In this document: positions 1 through 9,613 of the stretch, piece by piece
How the letters are laid out: every line of letters starts with the position of its first letter
Position numbering within the stretch: position 1 is the first letter of the stretch
Source: Verrucomicrobiota bacterium
GTDB taxonomy: Bacteria > Chlamydiota > Chlamydiia > Chlamydiales > SM23-39
Direction of reading: 5' to 3'
DNA length: 64,000 nt
Assembly (NCBI GenBank): GCA_018239895.1
Contig: JAFEGL010000003.1
Coordinates: forward strand, 418,212-482,211
The notes under the pieces: generated by a model
What the model was told of the DNA's origin: nothing
What the model saw: only the letters and a program-made list of their open reading frames with translations
The model's database searches: none
Program-made: the position numbers and the translations under genes

Positions 1-2
1 CC

Positions 3-602
3 GCCTTCATTGTGGAGACCGTCGCGATCAAAATCTCCTCTAAGAGCCAAAAAAAATTCGCTATTTTAACTATCAGCGATGGCCTCGAACGGTTCGAGCT
101 GCCTGTATGGCCCGAAATGTTTGAAGAAAAAAGCCCATTGATCCGCGAAAATCAGCTTCTCTATGCGATCTTACAAGTAGAGCGGAAAGAGGGAAGTCTC
201 CATTTCCAATGCCGCTATCTTGATGACCTGACCGCCGTCGATGAATCGAGAATCAAGGCCTGCGACGAACAGTACGACCGGCTCAAAGCCCAGACAAGGG
301 GAGGTGAGCCAAAGTGGAAAGCCGCTAAAGAGAAAAAAATCGCCGAAGAGAAAGAACCCTCAGCCCTCGTCCGCCTCAAAGTTGACGCGGACCAGATCAG
401 ATTCAGTGGAATTTTGGCCCTGAAGGATCTTTTCCGCCAACATCCTGGAAAATCGCCCCTAGAGATCCACTTCATGGGAGCGACGAAAAGGTGGGGCGTC
501 GTTCAAATAGACTCTCAATGGGGCGTCAAAGTCGACGCTATTTTCCGAGAAAAAATTCAGCAGCTAGCCCTCCAACTTGGGGCTCAAGTAGAATATATTT
601 GA
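3..602 (+). CDS. dnaE: DNA polymerase III alpha subunit, C-terminal end (5' part lies upstream of the window)
   Basis: The frame is open from nt 3, with no stop before the listed Met at 12. It has an OB-fold-like segment KKFAILTISDGLERFELPVWPEMFEE and the usual DnaE C-terminal tail. It sits upstream of the rsbW/dacC neighbourhood, as recalled for Chlamydia. Confidence 0.6.
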   Translation, partial: AFIVETVAIKISSKSQKKFAILTISDGLERFELPVWPEMFEEKSPLIRENQLLYAILQVERKEGSLHFQCRYLDDLTAVDESRIKACDEQYDRLKAQTRGGEPKWKAAKEKKIAEEKEPSALVRLKVDADQIRFSGILALKDLFRQHPGKSPLEIHFMGATKRWGVVQIDSQWGVKVDAIFREKIQQLALQLGAQVEYI

Positions 603-661
603 GGAATTGACAAAGATCCTTAAAATCTTCTATCCTTAACTCTTTTCAAGGCCTGCTTTTC

Positions 662-1588
662 ATGAAAAAAATTCTTTTGTTCCTAGGTTTGGCATCCTCA
701 GCTTTCGCTTTAGAAGAGCATGAGTTGGTTTGGGACTCTCAACCCCCCTCCGTCACTGAATTGAACTCCGCCCTTCAAGAGGCAATAGCCGCCCAAGATT
801 GGTGGTCTGTCATCGATTACGCCGACACCATCGCATACCACTATCCCGACAGCCCCTTTGGTCAGGAAGCCGCTTATCAATGCGGCGAAACCTATTTTCA
901 TATGAAACAGTATGAACAGGCCGATCAGTGTTTCAGCGCCTATTTGAACCAGGCGGGGAGCCCAAAACATTTCGAAGAGGCCATTCAATATAAATTTAAA
1001 ATGGCCGAACTCTACCGAAATGGTCTCAAAAGGAAGCTTTTCGACTCCCATAAAATGCCCCGGTTTGCCCCCTCTGAAGAAGGAGCTATTGCTCTCTATG
1101 ACGAAGTGATTACGACCCTTCCTCATCAAGAGATCGCTGCGCAATCTCTTCTGGGCAAAGCGAAAGTCCAAATCGTCATGGAAGATTTCAAAGATGCAGT
1201 TGAAACGCTGCAACTTTTGATTCGCCGATTCCCCAAGCATGAATTGGCTGCTGAAGGCTATCTAGAAATCAACCGCTCCTATCTCAAGCAGTGTCAAGTC
1301 GAACACCTAGATCTCGACCTGTTAGAACTCTCTGAAATGAACTTCCGTAAATTTCAGTTGGCATTCCCTCGAGAAAGTCGCTTAGAAGATGCTCAAAAAG
1401 CCCTTAGCGACATGCAGGAACTCTATGCAGCCAATCTCCTCAACACAGGCCGCTACTACGAAAAAATCAAAAAGACACCTGCCTCTATCATTTTTTACAC
1501 GAAAGTTGTCGCCAAATACCCAGCCACAAAAGCAGCAGGGGAAGCGAAGATAAAACTTGAGCAATTGCAGGCTGATGGCAAAATCTAA
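662..1588 (+). CDS. Secreted TPR-like protein, BamD/YfiO-like outer-membrane assembly factor
   Basis: Signal peptide MKKILLFLGLASSAFA. Helical-repeat layout is colinear with BamD (YPDSPFGQEAAY..., RRFPKHELAAEGY..., VAKYPATKAAGEA). The stop overlaps the start of the next lipoprotein gene by 1 nt. Confidence 0.6.
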   Translation: MKKILLFLGLASSAFALEEHELVWDSQPPSVTELNSALQEAIAAQDWWSVIDYADTIAYHYPDSPFGQEAAYQCGETYFHMKQYEQADQCFSAYLNQAGSPKHFEEAIQYKFKMAELYRNGLKRKLFDSHKMPRFAPSEEGAIALYDEVITTLPHQEIAAQSLLGKAKVQIVMEDFKDAVETLQLLIRRFPKHELAAEGYLEINRSYLKQCQVEHLDLDLLELSEMNFRKFQLAFPRESRLEDAQKALSDMQELYAANLLNTGRYYEKIKKTPASIIFYTKVVAKYPATKAAGEAKIKLEQLQADGKI

Positions 1589-2175
1589 TGTGGAGAGCCG
1601 TTCTCTTCATAGTCCTATTTTCCACAGGCTGCGGATACCGTTGGCAGCCTGAATATCCCGAAGGCCATAGACCTACAATTACGATCCCATTTGCCCAAGG
1701 CGATGCCGATGGAGCTTTGACTAACGAAATAGCTCGATCTATCGCTATCTCAGGAATCGCCGATGTGCGGCTAAAAAAAGCCGATTACCGCCTTGAAATT
1801 AAAATTCTCGACTCCAACAACGAAACGATCGGCTTCCGTTTAGATAAACAAAAAGTCGATGGAAAAATCAAAAAAAACATGGTCTCGTGCGAATCGAGAA
1901 AAATCGTGACGATTGAAGCGACCCTTTTCAAAAGCGATACAGATCAGATCGCTTACGGACCTTACACTATTACAGGCGACACCGCTTACGATTATGTAGA
2001 TGGAGATTCCTATCAAGACCTCACTTTCAAAAATTCGAGAGGGATTACACAGGCAGTTTTGCCCTTTTCTTTAGGGCAGCTCGAATCGTACGAATCGGCT
2101 CAGGAAGCGGCTACGAGGCCACTTTATTCGCAAATTTCGCAAAAAGTTGTCGACGTGATTTCGTCAGAATGGTAG
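1588..2175 (+). CDS. Lipoprotein, LptE/RlpB-like (tentative)
   Basis: Lipobox LFSTGC followed by GYRW, resembling the LptE N-terminus (CGWHLR in E. coli). The TAATG overlap with the BamD-like gene suggests translational coupling. Confidence 0.45.
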   Translation: MWRAVLFIVLFSTGCGYRWQPEYPEGHRPTITIPFAQGDADGALTNEIARSIAISGIADVRLKKADYRLEIKILDSNNETIGFRLDKQKVDGKIKKNMVSCESRKIVTIEATLFKSDTDQIAYGPYTITGDTAYDYVDGDSYQDLTFKNSRGITQAVLPFSLGQLESYESAQEAATRPLYSQISQKVVDVISSEW

Positions 2176-2209
2176 AACCACTAGTTCTAACTATATATTT
2201 TAGTTACAC

Positions 2210-2626
2210 TTGAGCCAGCATAAGACCTTCAACGCCCAAATCGACCAACTTCAAGGGATGATCCACTGGATCCGCCAAGAGTTGGTCAACTACGGATTCG
2301 ACGAATCGACCATTCGGAAAGTAGAGCTTGCTTCCGAAGAAGCCATCGTCAATATCATCCGCCACGCCTATAAAGGGCGTAAAGGAGATGTAGACATCGT
2401 AATTACGATGATCCCTAAAAGCCATGTGGAAATCGTGATCAGCGATCAAGGTCCCCCCTTCAACCCTCTCGCCAAAAAGACGAACTTCGATCCTAGCGCT
2501 CCGTTAGAGGAGCGGACAGAAGGAGGCTTAGGCATCTTATTCATGAAACAGTACATTGACGAAATTCACTACGAAAGAAAAATGAATAAAAATATCCTCA
2601 CTTTCATCAAGAGGAAGCCTCACTGA
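2210..2626 (+). CDS. rsbW: Anti-sigma factor serine kinase RsbW (HATPase_c)
   Basis: TTG start. Motifs ASEEAIVNIIRHAY (N-box), DQGPPFNP and GGLGILFMKQY (G-boxes) are typical of RsbW/SpoIIAB kinases. Confidence 0.8.
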   Translation: MSQHKTFNAQIDQLQGMIHWIRQELVNYGFDESTIRKVELASEEAIVNIIRHAYKGRKGDVDIVITMIPKSHVEIVISDQGPPFNPLAKKTNFDPSAPLEERTEGGLGILFMKQYIDEIHYERKMNKNILTFIKRKPH

Positions 2627-3069
2627 TTTTTTTCCATTGAAGTCAAGGTCGCTTCGGTTTCCAACATATCGACCAAATGGTGCTGGAGTACTTTCAAAAC
2701 GTAGCGGGGAGTGTTATACACTCCGGAAGTCGTGAATACGACTTCTAAATGAACCTTTTCAGGATGGTTCAGGGCGATCAAGACATAAGTCATCGGAAGT
2801 TCTTGATCCATCTTCGGAATGATCCACACAATGAACTGCTCATTGAATAAAGTCACTTTTTCAACAGATTCAATCACATGGAAATACTGAGTCAGGTCAT
2901 CTGGATCCGACTGGTCGTTATTCAAGGTACTCAATAGTCCTAGATCGTGGAGAGTCTTCAGATCGACGCGAAGAATCCCATCATGGGCCCAATTGCCCAA
3001 ATTCCCCATGAATTCTTTGTAAGTTTCTTCAATTTGAATAGGATTGAGCATAGGAACCTCCGCCAACAC
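2620..3069 (-). CDS. Hypothetical acidic protein (149 aa)
   Basis: Clean ORF filling the gap between rsbW and the carboxypeptidase gene. No motif recognised. Confidence 0.5.
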   Translation of the reverse strand: MLAEVPMLNPIQIEETYKEFMGNLGNWAHDGILRVDLKTLHDLGLLSTLNNDQSDPDDLTQYFHVIESVEKVTLFNEQFIVWIIPKMDQELPMTYVLIALNHPEKVHLEVVFTTSGVYNTPRYVLKVLQHHLVDMLETEATLTSMEKNQ

Positions 3070-3167
3070 ACCGTGTCCTCATTTTATGGGGTAATATAAA
3101 CTTTGTCAAGTTCTTGATTCTCTTTTAACCAATCTATATGATGCTCAATACCTAATAAGGGATCTGT

Positions 3168-4337
3168 ATGCAGCTGCTTTTCTCGATTTTGACTCTTTTT
3201 TTCATAGGTTCCTGTTGGGGCAGGCCTCTCGAAGTTGAAATCGCCGCCCGCAACGCCCTCCTGATGAATGCGGAAACTGGCGCGATCCTTTATGAAAAGC
3301 ACGCCTATCTGCCAGCCTTCCCAGCGAGCACAACAAAAATCGCGACAGCGCTATTCTCACTCGAACAGAAAAACCCAGATTTGAACCAAAGTGCCTTAGT
3401 TTCTAATCACGCCATGCAAATGAAGCCCACTCAGCCAGGAGACTATCCCTCCTATTGGCAGGAGATCGATGGGACGATGATGGGGTTGAAAAGAGGGGAA
3501 ATATTGACGATTGATGCTCTTTTTCATGGACTTATGATGATTTCTGGCAACGATGCGGCGAATGTCATTGCAGAGACGCTTTCTGGGTCGGTTCCCCAAT
3601 TCGTTGAAGAATTGAACAGCTATCTAAAGAGCATAGGCTGTCAAAATACCCAGTATATGAATCCACACGGACTTCATCATCCTGAACACTTTACTACGGC
3701 CTATGATCTAGCTGTCATGATGAAGCGAGCTGTAAAAATACCGAAATTTCGACAGCTCATCTCTCAAGTCTCTTACAATAAACCCAAAACAAACAAAAGT
3801 CCCAAAGCGGAAATCACTGCATTCAATCCTATGATCAAGCCTGGGCGCCACTATTATCCAAAGTCGCTTGGAGGAAAAACGGGGTTTCATTCCCATTCGA
3901 GAGCCAACTTAGTTTCAATTGCCGAACATGAGGGGCGTACCTTAATCGCGGTTGTTATGGGTTGCAGCAAGAGCGGCCGATATGAAGACACAAAAGCTCT
4001 TTTTGAAGCCGCCTTCAAAGAAAGACCTGTCGAGCAACTCCTCATCGGCCAGCAAAAGACATTCACACAGTCCATTGAAGGGGCTGAGATGCCTTTGGTG
4101 GCCGCCCTCCCCTCCGATCTGACGATCACCTATTTCCCAGCCGAAGAACCCCAATGCCGGGCCTTTGTCCATTGGGATGCTCTTCGACTCCCAATTAGGA
4201 AGGGGGACAAGGTAGGAGAGGTGCGAGTCCAAGATGAAACAGGAAGAGTCCTGACCTCCAAACCGTTGATTTCCAAAGAAGAGGTCAAAGGGACTTTTCT
4301 CTTTAGAGTTAAAAGCTGGGTGTCAAGCTTATTTTAA
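3168..4337 (+). CDS. dacC: D-alanyl-D-alanine carboxypeptidase (PBP5/6 class)
   Basis: Signal peptide, SxxK (ASTTKIAT), SxN (ISGNDAA) and KTG (GGKTGFH) motifs in the correct order. Confidence 0.85.
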   Translation: MQLLFSILTLFFIGSCWGRPLEVEIAARNALLMNAETGAILYEKHAYLPAFPASTTKIATALFSLEQKNPDLNQSALVSNHAMQMKPTQPGDYPSYWQEIDGTMMGLKRGEILTIDALFHGLMMISGNDAANVIAETLSGSVPQFVEELNSYLKSIGCQNTQYMNPHGLHHPEHFTTAYDLAVMMKRAVKIPKFRQLISQVSYNKPKTNKSPKAEITAFNPMIKPGRHYYPKSLGGKTGFHSHSRANLVSIAEHEGRTLIAVVMGCSKSGRYEDTKALFEAAFKERPVEQLLIGQQKTFTQSIEGAEMPLVAALPSDLTITYFPAEEPQCRAFVHWDALRLPIRKGDKVGEVRVQDETGRVLTSKPLISKEEVKGTFLFRVKSWVSSLF

Positions 4338-5125
4338 ATGTAAAGCTGCTTTACATTGAAAAGCTTGCGCCACTGATCGAGATGGAGATTCTCGGGTCTT
4401 GCCTCTTCAGATACCCCGATCGACTGCAAAGCGGTCCGAATCTGGGGGTAGATAGACTTCAGCGAAGTGGAGATCATTTTCCGTCTCTGTTGAAAAGCCC
4501 TGCGAATCAAAGCAAAGAGCTCAGGTGGATCGCGCTCTTCTCGGAAGCGAAGAGAAAGGACAGTCGAGTCGACGCTGGGTCGCGGATGAAAACAATTTTT
4601 CGATACAGGAAAAGCCCCTGTGATCTCTGCATGAGATTGCACGAACAGAGTAATTGAGCCCAATTCCTTGGTTCCAGGCTGAGCCATTAAACGGGAGGCA
4701 AATTCCTTTTGCACCATGAAGGTAAAGGTCGAAAAGTTGCCGGCGCAGATTTTTTCGAGAATGGGCGTTGTGATGCTGTAGGGGAGATTCCCGACAACTT
4801 TAGACCCTTTACTAATTGGAAGTTTTAGGAAATCTCCTTCAACGACGCGAAGGCGCCCATTTTGGAAACGGTGGATTTCTCTGGCAAATACTCTATCTTT
4901 TTCAACGACCGTGACATGAGCTCCCGCATCCAAAAGCGCCCCTGTGAGGGCGCCCGGCCCTGGTCCGATTTCGAGAACCTCATCTCCGGGCTGTACGTCT
5001 GCTAAACTGACGATCTTTGAGACGATATTCTGGTCGATAAGAAAATTTTGAGAGAGACTTTTCTTGGGACTCGCACCGATGCTTTCCAGAAATGGGATTA
5101 AATGGGAAAGCTGGGCGACGCTCAT
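4334..5125 (-). CDS. rsmA: 16S rRNA (adenine1518/1519-N6)-dimethyltransferase
   Basis: LSQNFLIDQNIVSKIV, SAM-binding VLEIGPGPGALT and catalytic GNLPYSITTPI. Confidence 0.9.
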   Translation of the reverse strand: MSVAQLSHLIPFLESIGASPKKSLSQNFLIDQNIVSKIVSLADVQPGDEVLEIGPGPGALTGALLDAGAHVTVVEKDRVFAREIHRFQNGRLRVVEGDFLKLPISKGSKVVGNLPYSITTPILEKICAGNFSTFTFMVQKEFASRLMAQPGTKELGSITLFVQSHAEITGAFPVSKNCFHPRPSVDSTVLSLRFREERDPPELFALIRRAFQQRRKMISTSLKSIYPQIRTALQSIGVSEEARPENLHLDQWRKLFNVKQLYI

Positions 5126-6168
5126 TGCAATGAAAAAGGTGTTAAATTATCGGGAACTGATTGTTTGAGATGGTCCGCATCGTAGCCGTAGTGTTTGCGC
5201 AGTTTCGTGATGTAATGGGTAGACTCAGAAGCCATGGCCTTTTGAATCAGGTCGTTTTTCAGTGTCTGGGCCATCTCATCAAATGAAGGAGCTGGATGGT
5301 CGACTTTGTCAGCTAGATAAAAAATTCGGGATATCGTTTTTTTCTCTTTACGGCTGGTCTGAATGGATGGGGCTCCATATTGGCCTGGTAAAATGGCCGC
5401 TAAAGCGTTCCGATGCGCCTCTGAAAGCTCTTGATCTTTCGCTTTGTATTCATTTGAAACTTGGATGGTGCAGGATGGGTGAGTAGATTCGAACTCTTTC
5501 AGTTTCGATTGAATTGCATCGGGATTTAAACCGCTTTCAACGAGGATATTGTGGAGTTCTTGGGAAAGATTTTGGATCGATTCAGGAGAATCGCCTCGGA
5601 TGGAAATCACTCGATATTTCCACTCTTGGTAGGAAGGATTCTCTTTAATATAGAGGCGATAGGCTTGTCGGAGATCTTGCGGTGTGACGCTTTGGATTGC
5701 TTTTGATTGGATGAAATACCAAACCATCCGTTGGACCAGCATCTCGCTTTTCACCATCTTCCAGGCTTCGTCGTAGGTTAGTCCAATTTTATCGAGAGTC
5801 TTGAGAACGTTGGGACCGAAGCGATTCTCTACCTCTTCGCGCACTTCCCCTTCAGTTACTTTGATCTCTTTTTCTTCCGCATCTGCCAAAATGAGTTCGT
5901 TGTCGATCATTTCCATGAAAGCATGGCGCCAGCTGTTTTGGTAAAACTGAAAGCGGGCCGCATTCGAGTCGGCTAAAGAGGGGTAGGCGTGATGGAAGGC
6001 GACGTCTAGTTTCTTTTTGACGTCCATGACTGAAATCGTATTGCCATTCACTTGAGTCAAGATTGAGTTCTGGATGCCGATTTTATGGTCTCGATCCATA
6101 GGCATCATTGGAGGCGTTGCGGCGAACACTGAAGAAGATACTAGAAGAGCTAAAGCAAATTTTTTCAT
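5122..6168 (-). CDS. SurA-like periplasmic chaperone with a degenerate parvulin region
   Basis: Start re-assigned to the ATG at 6168 (MKKFALALLVSSSVFA signal peptide). SurA_N-like segment ILTQVNGNTISVMDVKKKLD. The longer listed ORF (to 6429) would run into the rsmB-family gene. Confidence 0.6.
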   Translation of the reverse strand: MKKFALALLVSSSVFAATPPMMPMDRDHKIGIQNSILTQVNGNTISVMDVKKKLDVAFHHAYPSLADSNAARFQFYQNSWRHAFMEMIDNELILADAEEKEIKVTEGEVREEVENRFGPNVLKTLDKIGLTYDEAWKMVKSEMLVQRMVWYFIQSKAIQSVTPQDLRQAYRLYIKENPSYQEWKYRVISIRGDSPESIQNLSQELHNILVESGLNPDAIQSKLKEFESTHPSCTIQVSNEYKAKDQELSEAHRNALAAILPGQYGAPSIQTSRKEKKTISRIFYLADKVDHPAPSFDEMAQTLKNDLIQKAMASESTHYITKLRKHYGYDADHLKQSVPDNLTPFSLQ

Positions 6169-6208
6169 AGGACCACAATCAATTTTAGTGAGATCATAAC
6201 AAAACAAT

Positions 6209-7345
6209 TCATTTTGAGACCATTTCTGATTTCTTGAAAACAGCGGCGAAAAAGCCATCCATCTTCCCTTCAGCCGGAAGGATGGAGAGAGGTTCTCTTT
6301 CCAGAGTGAGCCCGAAATGGGCCACTTGCTCTTGGTTTTCTTCTGGCAAAATGCTGCAGGTGGCGTAAACAATTCTGCCTCCTGGCCGCACGTAGGAGAG
6401 AGCCTCTTCGAAAATTTGTCTTTGCTCAAGGACGAGGCGGTCGATCATGGCTTGATCTATCTTCCACTTCATTTCTGGATTGCGGCGAAAGGTGCCGGTT
6501 CCGCTGCAGGGGACATCGGCGAGAACCCAATCCATTTTATTTTTGAGCTGTGGCAGTTTCGGGTGGTCGGGGGACAAAAATTGGACGTTCTGGATGCCAG
6601 CCCGCTTCAGCCTCTGTTTCGCTTGGGCGAGCGCTTGTGGGCGGATGTCATGGAGGTAGATTTGCCCTTTGCCGCTCATAGCGGGGGCAAAAGCGAGAGT
6701 TTTCCCGCCGGAGCCGCTGCAATAATCGAGGATTTGATTTCCGCTCTTTGCCTCTACAAGTGAGGCGACGAGTTGGCTCCCTTCGTCTTGCATCTCAAAC
6801 AAGCCTTCTTTGAATTCGGCGAGGGCAAATAAAGGTTCTCTTTTAGAAAATAAGATCCCATAGGGCGTATTCGGAGAGGGGATAGCGTCGAACTTGCCTT
6901 GCCAGCGGGCCAAAAGGTCTTCCCGAGAGGTCTTAAGGGCGTTTGCCCTGATAGCGATCGGAGCTGGAGTTAGAGATGCGAGAAGGAGTTCTTTGGCTTT
7001 TTCTGGGCCGTAATACTTAGAGAGTTTTTCAAATAAAAATGGGGTGGCGCCGAGTTTAAGCGATTCGGGAATTGAAGAGTCCGATTCGATTTTCCGCCAA
7101 TTAATTTGTTTAAAAATCTCGAGGCGTCGAGGAATGGAAATCCCCGGAGGGCATAGGTGGTCGAGTAGCGATTTCCAGCGCGCTAGTCCAAAGAGGGTCT
7201 CTCCAATTTGGCGTCGATCGTGGGCCCCTATACTCTTGTGCTCTCTCAAATATTCACTGAGAGCTAAATCGAGAGGTTTACCCGGATTCGCTTCTCGGCG
7301 GGCCAAAAAGGTGGAAATGTGGTAGTCGCAGAAAGTTTGTCTCAT
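6209..7345 (-). CDS. RsmB/Sun (NOL1/NOP2) family rRNA cytosine-C5 methyltransferase
   Basis: DYCSGSGGKTLAF (SAM site), DVPCSGTGTFRRNPEMKW and YATCSILPEEN (the two catalytic Cys motifs). Confidence 0.85.
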   Translation of the reverse strand: MRQTFCDYHISTFLARREANPGKPLDLALSEYLREHKSIGAHDRRQIGETLFGLARWKSLLDHLCPPGISIPRRLEIFKQINWRKIESDSSIPESLKLGATPFLFEKLSKYYGPEKAKELLLASLTPAPIAIRANALKTSREDLLARWQGKFDAIPSPNTPYGILFSKREPLFALAEFKEGLFEMQDEGSQLVASLVEAKSGNQILDYCSGSGGKTLAFAPAMSGKGQIYLHDIRPQALAQAKQRLKRAGIQNVQFLSPDHPKLPQLKNKMDWVLADVPCSGTGTFRRNPEMKWKIDQAMIDRLVLEQRQIFEEALSYVRPGGRIVYATCSILPEENQEQVAHFGLTLEREPLSILPAEGKMDGFFAAVFKKSEMVSK

Positions 7346-7430
7346 CGCAGAGTAGTTTAGATGAAGGGGGCGATCGAATCTAGAAAAATATCTCCCTATT
7401 TGAGATTCTGAAAAGAAAAGGGCAAAAGAT

Positions 7431-7910
7431 ATGAAAGTTGTCCAAATTTGTTTGATCGTTTTGACTCGATTTATCTTAAGTTCTGTTTTCCTGGCCTCAG
7501 CTGTAGGTAAAATTTTTCATTGGCAAGAGACGGAGCACGACCTGATTATCGTCTTGAGCGATTGGCAAAACTACGCGAGTTTCTCCGAATCCTTTTCGAA
7601 TTTTTTTGGGGCTCTGACCCCATGGACCTCCATCTTGCTCCTATTCGGAATCCTAATGGAACTTGGAGGAGGGTTGTTGGTTCTTTTGGGAATCAGGGAA
7701 AAATTAGGCGCAGGTCTTTTACTCCTATTCATGATCCCTGCAACGGTTCTTTGCCATCAATTTTGGTTTATCGATGGGAGCGCGAGAGAAATTCAAACGG
7801 TTATGTTTTTGAAAAACTTAGCCATTATGGGCGGCCTCATCATGGTCATGATACATGGAGCCCAGGCAAGTCCTAGAGAAGGGGGCATGTCCCCTCTGTC
7901 GATGGGATAG
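7431..7910 (+). CDS. DoxX-family integral membrane protein
   Basis: Four hydrophobic segments in 159 aa. The N-terminus LTRFILSSVFLASAVGKIFHW is typical of DoxX. Confidence 0.6.
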   Translation: MKVVQICLIVLTRFILSSVFLASAVGKIFHWQETEHDLIIVLSDWQNYASFSESFSNFFGALTPWTSILLLFGILMELGGGLLVLLGIREKLGAGLLLLFMIPATVLCHQFWFIDGSAREIQTVMFLKNLAIMGGLIMVMIHGAQASPREGGMSPLSMG

Positions 7911-7912
7911 CG

Positions 7913-9538
7913 ATGTTTTGGTTTTATCTTCTTAGCAGCTTTGCGATGCTCGCTTTAGGTCAGCCTGCCCGAGTTCCCGAATTGGGAATTTTCTCGAGTG
8001 CAATCGGCCTCGCCCTTTTCTGGAAGGCGATGCTCCGATTCGAGAATCCTCGCCAGCGTTTTCTTTTAGCATTCGTCTGGTTCAGCTCGATCCAAATGAT
8101 CCAGCTATCCTGGATGGCGACCACTCACTACATGGGTCCTCTTATCGTCGTCGTTTACCTCTTTTTGAACTTGGCTTTAGGCGTCCAGTTTGGAGCTCTT
8201 TCTCTATTCTTAAAGCCGGAAGAGAGAATCGGCACAGTGAAGGCTTTGGCCATGGCCGGAACTTGGGTCATTTTCGAGTGGACTCGACTTTTCCCTTGCA
8301 CAGGCTTTACTTGGAATCCACTTGGGCTTTTCCTTTCCACGACCGTCTATTCTCTCCAGTGGGCTTCGGTATTCGGCATCTACGGCCTCTCGTTTTGGGT
8401 TGTCCTGACGAATATTGCCGCCTTGAGCGCGCTCACAAAACCTCATTCTCGAAACTCTGTTGTCGCTTTTGGGTGCTTGGCTGCATTTCCTTATCTTTTT
8501 GGATGGGCCTACTTGCCAAAAGTTGCGGAAAATTCGGGGCACCTCAACGCCATTCTTGTGCAAACAGGGCTTATGCCCGAGCAAAAAGATTACTATGCAG
8601 ATCGATCCTACGCATTCGTGCCTGCAGTACAACAATGGGATCGGATCTTGAAAGTTATTCGGGAGCAAGAAAAGGGGCGAACTCAGCTGATCGTTTTACC
8701 TGAAGGTTCATTTCCTTACGGAGCTTACAGATATGGGTATTATCTTGAGCAAGTCCAGAGGATATGGCAAAAACATTTTGGATCGGAGTCCTTGAAGGAT
8801 TTTCCAGAGCCGGAAAGTCCTTATGCAGTTTTTGAAGCAGGGCGCTGGAAAGTGGCTAATGCCTATTTGGTTCAAGCTTTAGCCAACCATTACGGCTCTG
8901 ATGTGGTCATTGGCCTCGACGACGATGAGTACAATGCGGCGTTTCTGTTTCACCCGCGAGGGGGGATTCCTCAGCGGTATGAAAAGAGAATTTTAGTTCC
9001 TGTGGGCGAATATGTTCCTTTTCGGAATTTCAAACTCGTCTCCCAATTTGTCTCTCAGCAATTTGGCATCTTGTTTTCTTTTTCACCAGGGAAAGAGGCT
9101 AAATTATTTCAGTCGAATGTCCCCTTTTCCATTTCGATTTGCTACGAAGAAACTTATAGCGGCTTGATTCGGGAATCTCGCTTAAAAGGGGCCGAGCTGT
9201 TTGTCAACCTCACGAATAACGCCTGGTTCCCTTCATCAAAGCTCGCCCAACAGCACTATGATCACGGGATGATCCGCGCTGTCGAGAATGGTGTGCCTGT
9301 GTTGAGAGCTTGCAACACAGGAGTTACAGGAGGCATCGACGCATACGGAAGAGCCATCGAGCTTTTGCCCGCCAGCGAGCAAGGAGCCTCGGCATTATCC
9401 ATTTCAATTCCATTGAAATCACATAAAACACTTTACGTTTTGTGGGGTGATCTAGGCATCTTAACTTTGAGCGGCGCCTCCATTTTATCATTTGTGGCCG
9501 TTCAAATTTTCTCTAAGCGGAAGAAAAAGTTGCTCTAA
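7913..9538 (+). CDS. lnt: Apolipoprotein N-acyltransferase
   Basis: Polytopic N-terminal half plus a CN-hydrolase half with LIVLPEGSFP, catalytic-Cys region FSISICYEETYS and NLTNNAWF. Confidence 0.85.
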   Translation: MFWFYLLSSFAMLALGQPARVPELGIFSSAIGLALFWKAMLRFENPRQRFLLAFVWFSSIQMIQLSWMATTHYMGPLIVVVYLFLNLALGVQFGALSLFLKPEERIGTVKALAMAGTWVIFEWTRLFPCTGFTWNPLGLFLSTTVYSLQWASVFGIYGLSFWVVLTNIAALSALTKPHSRNSVVAFGCLAAFPYLFGWAYLPKVAENSGHLNAILVQTGLMPEQKDYYADRSYAFVPAVQQWDRILKVIREQEKGRTQLIVLPEGSFPYGAYRYGYYLEQVQRIWQKHFGSESLKDFPEPESPYAVFEAGRWKVANAYLVQALANHYGSDVVIGLDDDEYNAAFLFHPRGGIPQRYEKRILVPVGEYVPFRNFKLVSQFVSQQFGILFSFSPGKEAKLFQSNVPFSISICYEETYSGLIRESRLKGAELFVNLTNNAWFPSSKLAQQHYDHGMIRAVENGVPVLRACNTGVTGGIDAYGRAIELLPASEQGASALSISIPLKSHKTLYVLWGDLGILTLSGASILSFVAVQIFSKRKKKLL

Positions 9539-9613
9539 AACAGCTCGCTCAGCTACCTTTTTTAGTTAGAAACTGTCTGTTTCAATCGGAATATGTTGTT
9601 ATTCAGGTGAAAA

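Noticed and set aside
710-1240. A 176-aa minus-strand ORF inside the BamD-like gene. Similar shadow ORFs lie inside r-protein genes, for example 15266-15745, 15711-16217 and 19328-19855.
   Set aside because: They are antisense to strongly supported genes and have no motifs.
4338-4356. An 8-bp hairpin (atgtaaag-ctg-ctttacat) right after the dacC stop, considered as a terminator.
   Set aside because: It lies inside the last codons of the convergent rsmA gene and lacks a U-tract. It may still help terminate transcription, but this cannot be supported from sequence alone.
5122-6429. A 435-aa ORF extending the SurA-like gene 261 nt upstream into the 3' end of the rsmB-family gene.
   Set aside because: The extension has odd composition (Lys/Ser/Trp/Cys-rich) and overlaps a well-supported gene by 220 nt. 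A canonical signal peptide begins at the internal ATG at 6168, so the start was re-assigned.
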